Source of the DNA: an uncultured Eubacteriales bacterium
GTDB lineage: Bacteria; Acidobacteriota; Aminicenantia; Aminicenantales; Aminicenantaceae
Direction: 5' to 3'
Length of the DNA: 64,000 nucleotides
Assembly (NCBI GenBank): GCA_964348015.1
Contig: CAYGBC010000050.1
Coordinates: 167,154-231,153, forward strand
This document shows, one piece after another, positions 27,315 to 35,860 of the stretch (its first letter is position 1; each line of letters opens with the position of its first letter). The translations under genes were made by a program, and so were the position numbers. The notes below the pieces were generated by a model. It saw only the letters and a program-made list of their open reading frames with translations, was not told the origin of the DNA and ran no database searches.

Positions 27315-28322
27315 GTGAAAAGAGAAAAAAATCAGACGTTGAATCGGCGTGAATTCATTAAAGGATCAATGGTGGGCTTAGTCGCGCTGCCTGCTTGGAG
27401 ATACAGCCCTTTGCTTGCAGGGAAAAAAAGGAAAAAGGCTAAAGTGGCTCTGATCAGGACCTCGAGTCGTGAAGAAGGAGTCCGTGAGGCGCTCAAGATT
27501 GTGGATTTCCCTAAAATAAAGGGCAAGGAAGTTTTAGTGAAGCCGAACTTCAATACAGCTGACCCCACACCTGGTTCCACACATAACGATACGTTGACCA
27601 GCCTCATCAAAGATTTAAGACAGCGGGGTGCAGCGGGTTTCACAATCGGCGAGAGGAGCGGGCCGCCAAAGACTCAAAGCGTTTTGGAGCAAAAGGGTAT
27701 TTTGCAGCTTGCCCAGAACCTGGACTTTAAAATAATCAATTTCGAAGAGTTAGAAGAGAAAGACTGGGTTCATTTCAATCCCGCTGGCAATCACTGGAAG
27801 AATGGATTTTCCATACCTCGGCCTGTCGTTGATGCTGAGTATGTGGTTTCCACATGCTGTTTGAAGACCCATGGTTTCGGTGGAATTTTTACGCTGTCCT
27901 TGAAATTGGCCGTGGGATTGACACCTAAGAATTTAATGCGGGAACTCCACAGCCAACGCACCGGTCCGATGAGAAAGATGATTGCGGAGATCAATCTTGG
28001 CTACACGCCTCAGTTGATCGTACTGGATGGAGTGGAAGCGTTTGTGGATGGTGGGCCTTCGAGAGGTGAAAAAAAAGAGGCCCATATCTTCCTGGCAGGG
28101 ACCGACCGTGTGGCGATAGATGCGGTCGGAGTGGCTGTTTTGAAAAAATTGGGTTCGAACGATGCCATAATGGGAACTCCGATATTCGAGCAGGAGCAGA
28201 TACAGAGAGCATCTGAATTGGGTCTGGGAGTGAACAGTCCTGATCAGATAGAAATTGTGGCTCCTGATCAAGCCAGCCGCGAATATGCACAAGAGTTGAA
28301 ATCCCTACTGGCTAAAGGATAA
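27315..28322 (+). CDS. DUF362 domain protein, TAT-exported
   Basis: AAGGAG sits 8 nt upstream of GTG 27315. The TAT signal is KREKNQTLNRREFIKGSMVGLVALPAW. VLVKPNFNTADP and LKTHGFGG...VLDG match DUF362 family signatures. The ORF-track start at 27261 is a likely over-extension. Confidence 0.6.
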   Translation: MKREKNQTLNRREFIKGSMVGLVALPAWRYSPLLAGKKRKKAKVALIRTSSREEGVREALKIVDFPKIKGKEVLVKPNFNTADPTPGSTHNDTLTSLIKDLRQRGAAGFTIGERSGPPKTQSVLEQKGILQLAQNLDFKIINFEELEEKDWVHFNPAGNHWKNGFSIPRPVVDAEYVVSTCCLKTHGFGGIFTLSLKLAVGLTPKNLMRELHSQRTGPMRKMIAEINLGYTPQLIVLDGVEAFVDGGPSRGEKKEAHIFLAGTDRVAIDAVGVAVLKKLGSNDAIMGTPIFEQEQIQRASELGLGVNSPDQIEIVAPDQASREYAQELKSLLAKG

Positions 28323-28446
28323 TCAGTTTCGGTACACATTATCAATGGTTTTCACCCGACTAAAATTATGAGAATATGAGTGAGATTTGAGTCCTTAAGA
28401 GCGGGTGAATTCTCTTGGAATAGAAAAAATAGCTGTTTTGGGAAAA

Positions 28447-29022
28447 ATGAGTTTGTATGAACTGATCCTATCCAGAAGGTCGATCCGCCAGTTTAAGCCC
28501 GAGCCCGTTTCTAGGGGCATCCTGGAAAAACTCATCAACGCGGCAAGGCTCGCTCCTTCAGGGGCCAATCTCCAGCCTCTGGAGTTTGTTGTCGTCGACA
28601 AAGAGGAATTCAGGGATAGAATTTTTCCCCGCTTGAGATGGGCCGCCTACATCGCTCCTGAAGGGAACCCTCGACCCGGGCAGGAGCCCATGGCTTATGT
28701 CATCGTCTTGGTCAACCTGAGGATCAGGAAAGAGGGCTTCGAGCGCGATGTTGGCGCCGCCGTGGAAAACATGATCCTTGCGGCCTGGGAAGAGCACGTC
28801 GGGAGTTGTTGGATAGCCAACGCCGACATAGAGAAGATCAAAGATATGCTGAACATCCCTGGGGATTATAAAGTCGATTCTGTGCTCGCCCTGGGGTATC
28901 CAGCTGAAGAGCCGGTTACAGAAGAGTTTAAAAAAACTGTAAGGTATTGGAAAGATAGAAAAGGACGCCTTCATGTTCCGAAGCGTAGGCTGGACGATAT
29001 CGTCCATTTTAACGGTTTTTAG
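28447..29022 (+). CDS. Nitroreductase family protein (second copy)
   Basis: MSLYELILSRRSIRQF, ARLAPSGANLQPLEFVVV and GSCWIAN. The start at ATG 28447 is in frame with the track ORF beginning at GTG 28405. Confidence 0.8.
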   Translation: MSLYELILSRRSIRQFKPEPVSRGILEKLINAARLAPSGANLQPLEFVVVDKEEFRDRIFPRLRWAAYIAPEGNPRPGQEPMAYVIVLVNLRIRKEGFERDVGAAVENMILAAWEEHVGSCWIANADIEKIKDMLNIPGDYKVDSVLALGYPAEEPVTEEFKKTVRYWKDRKGRLHVPKRRLDDIVHFNGF

Positions 29023-29051
29023 GCGGAGGAAAAAGGCATGCAGGAGGTGTC

Positions 29052-29198
29052 ATGCGTATTTTAGGAATCGTTTTACTGATTGGTGGCTTTCTGATAAGAG
29101 TGCTCACTCCTAATTTCATCATTATTAGCTGGGTACTGATGGGATTGGGAGCTGTGCTGACTATTGTTTTTTCTTTAACAAAGAAGAAGTTAAGATAG
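29052..29198 (+). CDS. Small two-helix membrane protein, 48 aa (unannotated, below the ORF-track cutoff)
   Basis: An AGGAGG RBS at 29043-29048 sits 3 nt before ATG 29052. Translation MRILGIVLLIGGFLIRVLTPNFIIISWVLMGLGAVLTIVFSLTKKKLR gives two hydrophobic helices and a basic C-terminus. Confidence 0.35.
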   Translation: MRILGIVLLIGGFLIRVLTPNFIIISWVLMGLGAVLTIVFSLTKKKLR

Positions 29199-29205
29199 TC
29201 GACTC

Positions 29206-30549
29206 CTACTCTCCGGCCACGGTCAATTCCTGTATTCTGATCGTGGGACCAGAGATCGGGCTCTGGAAGTCGAGGTCGTTCCCGATCATTTCTATGTTAT
29301 TCAATATTTCCCCAAGGTTTCCAGAGATTGTGATTTCTGAAACTGGATAGGCAACTTCTCCTTTTTCCACCCAAAGTCCGAATGCACCTCTTGAGATGTC
29401 ACCGGTCACAGGATTGAGTCCGTGACCGATCGTTCTGATCAGGATCAATCCTCTATCCAGGGAGGAGAGGATTTTATCCGGGAGGATGTCTCCGGCTTCG
29501 AGGTAGAAATTGTTTGGGTGGACTGCTGTTCCCGCTGAGTTTCCTGTGGATTTCAGTTTGAGTTTTCTGGCCGCATAGGTGTTGCACAGGTAGTTTTTGA
29601 GGATCCCATTCTCAACAACCGGCGTCTTTGTGCAGGAGACTCCCTCGGCATCAAACGGTCGACTGCCGAGCATTCCGGGAAGCAGGCCGTCATCGATAAC
29701 ATTCACCGAGCTGTTGCCGATCGTTTCTCCGAGTTTATCCACTAAAAAGGATGTCTTCTGGTAGATGGAGACTCCCGACACGCAGGCGAACAGGAATCCC
29801 ATCAGCCACGAGGTCATCATCGGCTCGAATACGACCGGGACCCTTTGGGTTTTGATCTTTTTTGGGTTGATTTGCCGGATCGTCCTCTCAACGGCTTTTT
29901 TCGCCACTTGTTCAGGAGATTCCAGTTCTCTGTAGTGTCTTTTCATGGTGAACCAGTAATCTTCAACCCTATTGTCGGTGTCACCTGCCTGAAGACCCAG
30001 GCTCAGCCCGCAGACGGTTTGATCGTATTCCCGGAGAAATCCGTTGGAATTGGCAAAGACCGTCCTGATTTCCTTCGTTTCGAAACTGGCTCCATGGGAG
30101 TTGGTGATTCTCTTGTCCTCCAGGGCGATTTTTTCAGTTTCAATCGCGAGAGCGATTTTTTTCTTCGAACTCAATTCTGGGATTTTGGGGTCGAAAAGGC
30201 GCAAAGACGGAATATCCGTGAGTTCTGAGGAAGGAGGGGGGAGACCGGAGAATTCATCCGGACTGGCGAGCGTGGCCCGTTTGACGGCATTTTTCACAAG
30301 ATGTTCGAGTGTGCTTCTGGAGAGATCAGAAGAACTGGAAAAGGCCGTTTTTTTATCCTTGATCACTCTCATTCCCAAAGCCCTGGACCCAGCTTCCACT
30401 AGATTTTCGATTTCCCCCAATCTGACGTCTACACTGAATTCATATCCATCCAGGATGGACACTTCGATTTCATCAGCTCCCTGATTCTGGCCAAAGCTCA
30501 CAAGGTCTGCGGCAAGTTCTGGAAGCTGTATATGGGCTTTGTCCTCCAT
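29206..30549 (-). CDS. pmbA: PmbA/TldE metalloprotease-family protein
   Basis: TldD/PmbA fold. The likely start MEDKAHIQLPELAADLVSF lies at 30549, overlapping the tldD stop by 1 nt. The 30636 extension in the track overlaps tldD. Confidence 0.8.
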   Translation of the reverse strand: MEDKAHIQLPELAADLVSFGQNQGADEIEVSILDGYEFSVDVRLGEIENLVEAGSRALGMRVIKDKKTAFSSSSDLSRSTLEHLVKNAVKRATLASPDEFSGLPPPSSELTDIPSLRLFDPKIPELSSKKKIALAIETEKIALEDKRITNSHGASFETKEIRTVFANSNGFLREYDQTVCGLSLGLQAGDTDNRVEDYWFTMKRHYRELESPEQVAKKAVERTIRQINPKKIKTQRVPVVFEPMMTSWLMGFLFACVSGVSIYQKTSFLVDKLGETIGNSSVNVIDDGLLPGMLGSRPFDAEGVSCTKTPVVENGILKNYLCNTYAARKLKLKSTGNSAGTAVHPNNFYLEAGDILPDKILSSLDRGLILIRTIGHGLNPVTGDISRGAFGLWVEKGEVAYPVSEITISGNLGEILNNIEMIGNDLDFQSPISGPTIRIQELTVAGE

Positions 30550-31979
30550 CAACCCTGTCCTCCCACAGTCATCCGGGTGATCTTGAGGGTCGGACAGCCG
30601 TCGTTGACCGGCATGGACTGACCTTCTTTGCCGCATGTTCCTGTCTGGAGGCCGAATCGGAGGTCAGAACCGATCATTTCGATTTTATTCAAAATATCAA
30701 TGTTGGTTCCGATGAGCGTGGCCTGTTTCACTGGCGACGTGAGCTTCCCCTCTTCAATAAGGTACCCAGAACTGACAGAAAAAGTAAACTTGCCCGAGTC
30801 TTCCACCTGTCCTCCCTGGTATTTGTGGGCGTAAAAACCTTTTTTAACAGACTTTATGATTTCTTCCGGCGAGAACTCTCCTTTGTCCACGTATGTATTG
30901 CTCATCCTTGGAATCGGAATGTTGGTGTAATTCTGTCGTCTTCCGTGGCCGGTCGAAGACTTTTTCATCAATCTGGCTGAGAGTCTGTCCTGGAGCAAAC
31001 CTGTGAGCTTTCCTTGATGGATAAGAAGAGTCTTTTTCGGAAGAATTCCCTCATCGTCTATATTATAAGAGCCGCGGAAATGAGGAATGGTCGGATCATC
31101 CCAAATCGATACCTGGCTGTCAGCTACCTTTTTTCCCATCTTATTCCAGAAAATCGAAGTTTTTTTCCGGTTGAAATCTGCTTCGAGAAGATGGCCGACG
31201 GCCTCATGAATAAGAACTCCGCTGTGCCCGGGAGCCAGGATAACGGGCATTTCTCCTGCAGGAGGCAGTTCAGCTTCCAGCAGTTCTAGAGCTTCCTGAG
31301 CCGCTTCCTGCCCGATCTCTGCTGGAGATGAGCTTTGAGTAAAATATTCCAATCCCACTCTGCCGCCGCCGCCGGAATAACCGGCTTCTCTTTTATCTGT
31401 CTTCTCCGCAATGGCTAAGCAGACAAGCTTGACAAGCGGCCGGACATCAAAAATATCCAAACCTTCTGAGTTGACGATCCTCACATGCTGATTCATGTCG
31501 GTGAGAGAGACTTTCACTTTTTTGATTTTTGGATCCTGGTTTAAGGCGGAAAGATAGCATTCTTGAACCAGCGATATTTTTTTCTCTAACGACATCTTGT
31601 GGAAGGATTCACGCACAGGATAGTAATTGTGCGGGAAAGAGGCAGGATTCAGTGATGCGGAATTCCTCTCTCCTGGGGTCGAAGCGATGGAAGCTGCCGT
31701 AAGTGCGGTTTTCCTCACTTTTTCAACGGAAATATCATTGGTGTAGCCGTAACCAGTTTTCTCTCCGGAGAGCACTCTTATGCCTAATCCAAGGCTGATA
31801 CTCTCAGATGTTTCTTTGACAATATCCTCTTCCATATTGATGAAGTTGTACGTTTTATACTCAAGGAAAATCTCAGAAAAATCTCCCCCTTGAGACAAAG
31901 AGAGGTTTAGGATTTTCTGAAGGTCTTCTCGGGAAAGGGGAAAGTGATTCTCGAATTCGAGGGAGGATATCTTTTTCAT
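30549..31979 (-). CDS. tldD: TldD family metalloprotease
   Basis: 476 aa. LIHEAVGHLLEADF is the HExxxH zinc motif of TldD. It is adjacent to pmbA. Confidence 0.85.
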   Translation of the reverse strand: MKKISSLEFENHFPLSREDLQKILNLSLSQGGDFSEIFLEYKTYNFINMEEDIVKETSESISLGLGIRVLSGEKTGYGYTNDISVEKVRKTALTAASIASTPGERNSASLNPASFPHNYYPVRESFHKMSLEKKISLVQECYLSALNQDPKIKKVKVSLTDMNQHVRIVNSEGLDIFDVRPLVKLVCLAIAEKTDKREAGYSGGGGRVGLEYFTQSSSPAEIGQEAAQEALELLEAELPPAGEMPVILAPGHSGVLIHEAVGHLLEADFNRKKTSIFWNKMGKKVADSQVSIWDDPTIPHFRGSYNIDDEGILPKKTLLIHQGKLTGLLQDRLSARLMKKSSTGHGRRQNYTNIPIPRMSNTYVDKGEFSPEEIIKSVKKGFYAHKYQGGQVEDSGKFTFSVSSGYLIEEGKLTSPVKQATLIGTNIDILNKIEMIGSDLRFGLQTGTCGKEGQSMPVNDGCPTLKITRMTVGGQG

Positions 31980-33640
31980 TTCTTCGCCTGGGACGTGGCT
32001 CGAATGCGGGAGATTCTCTCTTTTTCACTCAACACTTTTCCGGAGTCTGCATCCACAGGATAACAGGCGCCATCCCGGATTTGTGTGAAAACCTTCCCCG
32101 CGGCATGAGGATTTCCCGCTAGATGGGGGGCATCGAGGAATCCCGTGAGAATGGCTTGTGCAAGGTTATTCGAATCTGTCCAGGGATCTGCTACGTTTTT
32201 GGATGGAATGTCTTTAATCGCTTGGAGCAAAAATCTCGCCTCGTTTACGAGTTCTTTCTTCCGTTCTCGGATTCTCGAGTCTTCGTGAATCCGGGGAGAA
32301 CCCAGAAGGTAATTATCAATCACGCCTCGAGTGATGTTTGCACTCTCGATGATATCTGATGGGGTGGCGGCGTGGTCACCTTCACAGAATCCGACAACAT
32401 GAATTATCTTCGGTTCCACTGAAAGCTGGAAGAGGGAGGAGGACCCGAGCTGGCCTTTCGCCCTATCAGGATGAGGCGGCATACAGGCCAGGCCTGTTCG
32501 TGTCTGTCGAATGCTGATGAAATTCTCATCATGCAGGGATTCGATAAGCTCGATCTTTGCCAGCATTTTTGCCAGATCCATAAGGGGCGAGGTCTGCGCG
32601 GGCGTGTTGAACATATATTGAGCGACGTAATGCGATACGCCAGCCTTTTTGGCGTTGTAAGCGGCCAAGAAGGCCGCGGCCACGGCCACTGTGTCCGGAG
32701 CATCTCTCAAGCTCCAGTGATGGGATTCATTGACCTCGAGTGGGATTTGGTTCTTCCCGTACCACTTCATGACTTGCTGGTTCTCTCGGATGGATTCCGC
32801 TGGGAGTCTGTTTGAACGCCCGTCCAGACGGTTGTACCAGCAAAGAGGGACCGCACCCCATGCGATATGAATGGTTTTGAGACACATTTCAGCCCATTGG
32901 ATCAAATCTCTGGTTCCCGAATAACACCGAATGAGGGGATGGTTGCCGCATCGTGTGGCTTGAAAGATCGCCTCCAGGTCTTCAGGTTTCCTCAAGGGGA
33001 CGCCTCCGGCGCCATCCTGTCCTTTTTTCATTTCCTCTGGGCGGAAAAAGCTTTCCTGCGCATTCTGGTCAGGCCCGATGGAGAGGACATCGACCGTTTC
33101 GGAAAGGGCAATTTTTTTGGCACCGTCCACAGTTTCTTGGACGGTGGGCAGCCCGAAGTGATGACGGAGAAGGGGATAGTTCCTGTTGAATGCGATCCGA
33201 TCGATTAGGTTCTGGGGCGGAATCTCACTTCTCTTTGTTTTTTCTGCTTTTCCCTTGAGAAACCCAATGATTTCTTCCAGAGACTCAGCTCCTCCGAATA
33301 CAGCTTCGAACAGGCCGCTCTTGTGGGCGACGGAAGCAGCCGGAGGGGTGCCGCCAAAGATAAAGGTTTTGTTCTCCCATCCGTTTTTTTTGATTTCGTT
33401 TTTTAAAGCATCCAATAATTTCTTCAACACGTCAGGAGTTAAACGGTAGCTTAAAGCGATGATATCAGGATCGTTCGTCTTGATGGCATCGGATAGTTTT
33501 GAGGTAGGGACAGCAGGGCCCAGGAATATTGTCTCATAACCGTTCCGCTGCGCTAATTCTAAAAAATTCAATATTCCGGCCACATGAACGCAGTGTCCAA
33601 GAGAAGCTCCTAAAATCTTGCTCTTCTTCATCAAAGTCAA
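31976..33640 (-). CDS. Protein with an N-terminal B12-binding-like Rossmann domain (non-canonical His motif) and a C-terminal catalytic domain of about 420 aa; function unknown
   Basis: 554 aa. Residues 5-130 (KILGASLGHCVHVAGILNFLELAQRNGYETIFLG...DIIALSYRL) align to the B12-binding domain of methylmalonyl-CoA mutase or glutamate mutase S. The canonical DxHxxG is replaced by CVHVAG. I recognise no radical-SAM CxxxCxxC. I cannot assign the C-terminal domain. Confidence 0.45.
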   Translation of the reverse strand: MTLMKKSKILGASLGHCVHVAGILNFLELAQRNGYETIFLGPAVPTSKLSDAIKTNDPDIIALSYRLTPDVLKKLLDALKNEIKKNGWENKTFIFGGTPPAASVAHKSGLFEAVFGGAESLEEIIGFLKGKAEKTKRSEIPPQNLIDRIAFNRNYPLLRHHFGLPTVQETVDGAKKIALSETVDVLSIGPDQNAQESFFRPEEMKKGQDGAGGVPLRKPEDLEAIFQATRCGNHPLIRCYSGTRDLIQWAEMCLKTIHIAWGAVPLCWYNRLDGRSNRLPAESIRENQQVMKWYGKNQIPLEVNESHHWSLRDAPDTVAVAAAFLAAYNAKKAGVSHYVAQYMFNTPAQTSPLMDLAKMLAKIELIESLHDENFISIRQTRTGLACMPPHPDRAKGQLGSSSLFQLSVEPKIIHVVGFCEGDHAATPSDIIESANITRGVIDNYLLGSPRIHEDSRIRERKKELVNEARFLLQAIKDIPSKNVADPWTDSNNLAQAILTGFLDAPHLAGNPHAAGKVFTQIRDGACYPVDADSGKVLSEKERISRIRATSQAKK

Positions 33641-33641
33641 T

Positions 33642-34805
33642 TCAGATCTCTCCAGTGACGGCCAGAAGTCGGATTTCCTTTATGCTCATGCCTTTGATCC
33701 CGAGGTTTTCAACGGTTCTTCCTTTTTCCCAGAAATTGATTCCTCTCATGAGAGAAGCCAGGTGTATGATGGCATTAATGGTTGGAGTTTCCACTCCCAA
33801 CATTTTTCCCAGGGAGGCGAGCGGAACAAGACTCATCGGAACATCTTCGTCCACGTAACGGTGATGCAGCCTTTCTGGGGCCCGGATTCCGCGGTATCCT
33901 GGATTGTCGTAAATCGCTTCACGCAAGTCTTTCCCCGTCGCGCTGTAGGCTGTATAAAGCCAGGCTTTGGCGCTCATGACTTTAATGCCCAGGGCTGCGG
34001 CCACATCGAGGCGTTCCCTATCCAGCTTATCCAAGACTTTGGCAATGGACTCACTTGCCCCTTGAATGTAGTATTCAAAGTCACCGTGGGTCTCTTCAAT
34101 CCAACCTGAATTGAGGATTGTAAGGGCCGGATGGAACACAGCTCCGATATTCTCAAAACTGGTCTTGAAGATGTTATCACCCGGAATAAACTGAGGGAAG
34201 GCACGGTTAATGACTTTGAGCACACCGGGGATCCAGTAGGCCGGAAGAGTTGCAAGTGGAATAGAATTTTTTACGGAGAATATTTTGGCATGGGCCGGGC
34301 CGAGTGATCTTGAGGCATAGATGAATGTCTGGGCCTCTGCGATGAAAGGAAATCTTTTCACTCCTTGTTCTTTCAGCGTATTGTAAAACTCCAGCGCTCC
34401 ACCTGTGCGCCCAGGATTGAGGATGACGACGTGTTTCTCCTTGAGTAACGGCGCGCATGTTTGAGCGATGTAACGGTGGGCGTTGGCCGGAACGGCGACC
34501 ATAAGCACGTCAACATCCTTGAGACACTCATTTATGTTAGTGGAGGCGAGCTCGATTTTTCCAAAACCTTTGACTTCACCTTCGACTTTGATTCCTTTTC
34601 TCTGGATAACGGCCCGGATTCTCTTTCGTCCTCGGTTGTAGAGTTTGACTTTGAAACCATTGATCGCCAAATGTCCGGCCATAGCCAAACCTCCATGTCC
34701 TGCACCGAGCACACAAATTTTCAGATCCTTTGATTCTTTTTGAAGAAGATCCTTGATGTATTGCGCCCTTCTCATGTCAGAAGCTTTGGTTATTTTCTTT
34801 TTCAT
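33642..34805 (-). CDS. Opine dehydrogenase family NAD(P)H-dependent oxidoreductase
   Basis: 387 aa. ICVLGAGHGGLAMAGHLA (Rossmann fold), ILNPGRTGGALEF, YYIQG, PGYRGI and RYVDEDVPMSLVPLASLG track the Arthrobacter N-(1-D-carboxyethyl)-L-norvaline dehydrogenase family. The start is 2 nt after the stop of the upstream gene. Confidence 0.8.
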   Translation of the reverse strand: MKKKITKASDMRRAQYIKDLLQKESKDLKICVLGAGHGGLAMAGHLAINGFKVKLYNRGRKRIRAVIQRKGIKVEGEVKGFGKIELASTNINECLKDVDVLMVAVPANAHRYIAQTCAPLLKEKHVVILNPGRTGGALEFYNTLKEQGVKRFPFIAEAQTFIYASRSLGPAHAKIFSVKNSIPLATLPAYWIPGVLKVINRAFPQFIPGDNIFKTSFENIGAVFHPALTILNSGWIEETHGDFEYYIQGASESIAKVLDKLDRERLDVAAALGIKVMSAKAWLYTAYSATGKDLREAIYDNPGYRGIRAPERLHHRYVDEDVPMSLVPLASLGKMLGVETPTINAIIHLASLMRGINFWEKGRTVENLGIKGMSIKEIRLLAVTGEI

Positions 34806-34983
34806 TTTTTTACACCTGCCTTATTCTCAGTGATTATTTCCGATCGAACCAAGCATTTCTGTTATGAAATCTATCAGAAAGCAAAAGGAAATTGTGGTTT
34901 ATGTATAGTTTTTCCGGAAAAAGCCTCCCTATTTTAATAAATAGAAAGGATGAAGGCAAATCAAACCTGCAGGAAAGGGGTCA

Positions 34984-35012
34984 TTGACTGGTTTCCAGGA
35001 AAAATTTATAAT
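34984..35012 (+). promoter_or_regulatory. Consensus sigma70-type promoter, TTGACT-N17-TATAAT, directly abutting the nadC start codon (leaderless transcript candidate)
   Basis: TTGACT at 34984-34989, a 17-nt spacer, and TATAAT at 35007-35012. The ATG codons at 35015 and 35021 lie 3 and 9 nt downstream, so the predicted transcription start site is about 35019-35021. Confidence 0.5.
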
Positions 35013-35020
35013 CGATGTGC

Positions 35021-35860
35021 ATGAAGGGAAAAACCGTTGATCCGATAATCGAGGCCGCTTTGCAGGAAGATATGCCTCAGGGAGATATCACTTCCGAAAG
35101 CATAATTCCCGAGGATTCTCGATCGCGCGCCAACATTATCGCTAAAGAAGAGGGGATCCTGGCGGGCATAGATGTGGCTTCAAGGGTTTTTGAGAAGATC
35201 GATCCGAGTATCCAATTTCAAAAAGAAAAAGAAGACGGGCAGCAATTCAACAAAGGGGAAACCCTGGCCACGCTCGAAGGATCTTCGATCTCTATTCTCA
35301 AGGGGGAGCGAACAGCGTTGAATTTTCTCCAGAGGATGTCCGGGATCGCCACCACCACAGGACATTTTGTGCAGGCTGTGAAGGGAATGCGAACGAAGAT
35401 TCTGGATACACGAAAAACCACTCCAGGCTTGAGGAAGCTGGAAAAGCACGCCGTGAAGATGGGAGGCGGGCAGAACCACCGCCAGAATCTGTCCGAAATG
35501 GTCCTGATCAAAGATAACCATCTGAAGCTTGTCGGAAGTATTTCCGAGGCCGTGAAAAAGGCTAAAGAGCGCATTGCGCCTGGCACCAAAGTCGAAGTCG
35601 AAGCCACCAGTTTAGCTGAGGTGCAGGAGGCTGTCCGGAGTGGCGCGGACATGGTCATGCTGGATAACATGCCCCTCGGTGAAATGAGAGAAGTGGTCCA
35701 ATGGGTGGAAGGAAGGATCCCTCTGGAGGTTTCGGGATCAGTGACTCTTGAAAAGATCGGGGAAATCGCCGCGCTGGGGATTGATTTTGTCTCTGTGGGG
35801 AGCCTGACTCATTCGTACAAATCAGTGGACATCAGCATGGAGTTTTTGGGGAAATTGTGA
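35021..35860 (+). CDS. nadC: Nicotinate-nucleotide pyrophosphorylase (carboxylating) / quinolinate phosphoribosyltransferase
   Basis: GDITS, LDTRKTTPGLRKLEKHAVKMGGGQNHR and MVLIKDNH are NadC motifs. An alternative start at 35015 is in frame. The stop overlaps the nadB start (ATGA). Confidence 0.9.
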   Translation: MKGKTVDPIIEAALQEDMPQGDITSESIIPEDSRSRANIIAKEEGILAGIDVASRVFEKIDPSIQFQKEKEDGQQFNKGETLATLEGSSISILKGERTALNFLQRMSGIATTTGHFVQAVKGMRTKILDTRKTTPGLRKLEKHAVKMGGGQNHRQNLSEMVLIKDNHLKLVGSISEAVKKAKERIAPGTKVEVEATSLAEVQEAVRSGADMVMLDNMPLGEMREVVQWVEGRIPLEVSGSVTLEKIGEIAALGIDFVSVGSLTHSYKSVDISMEFLGKL

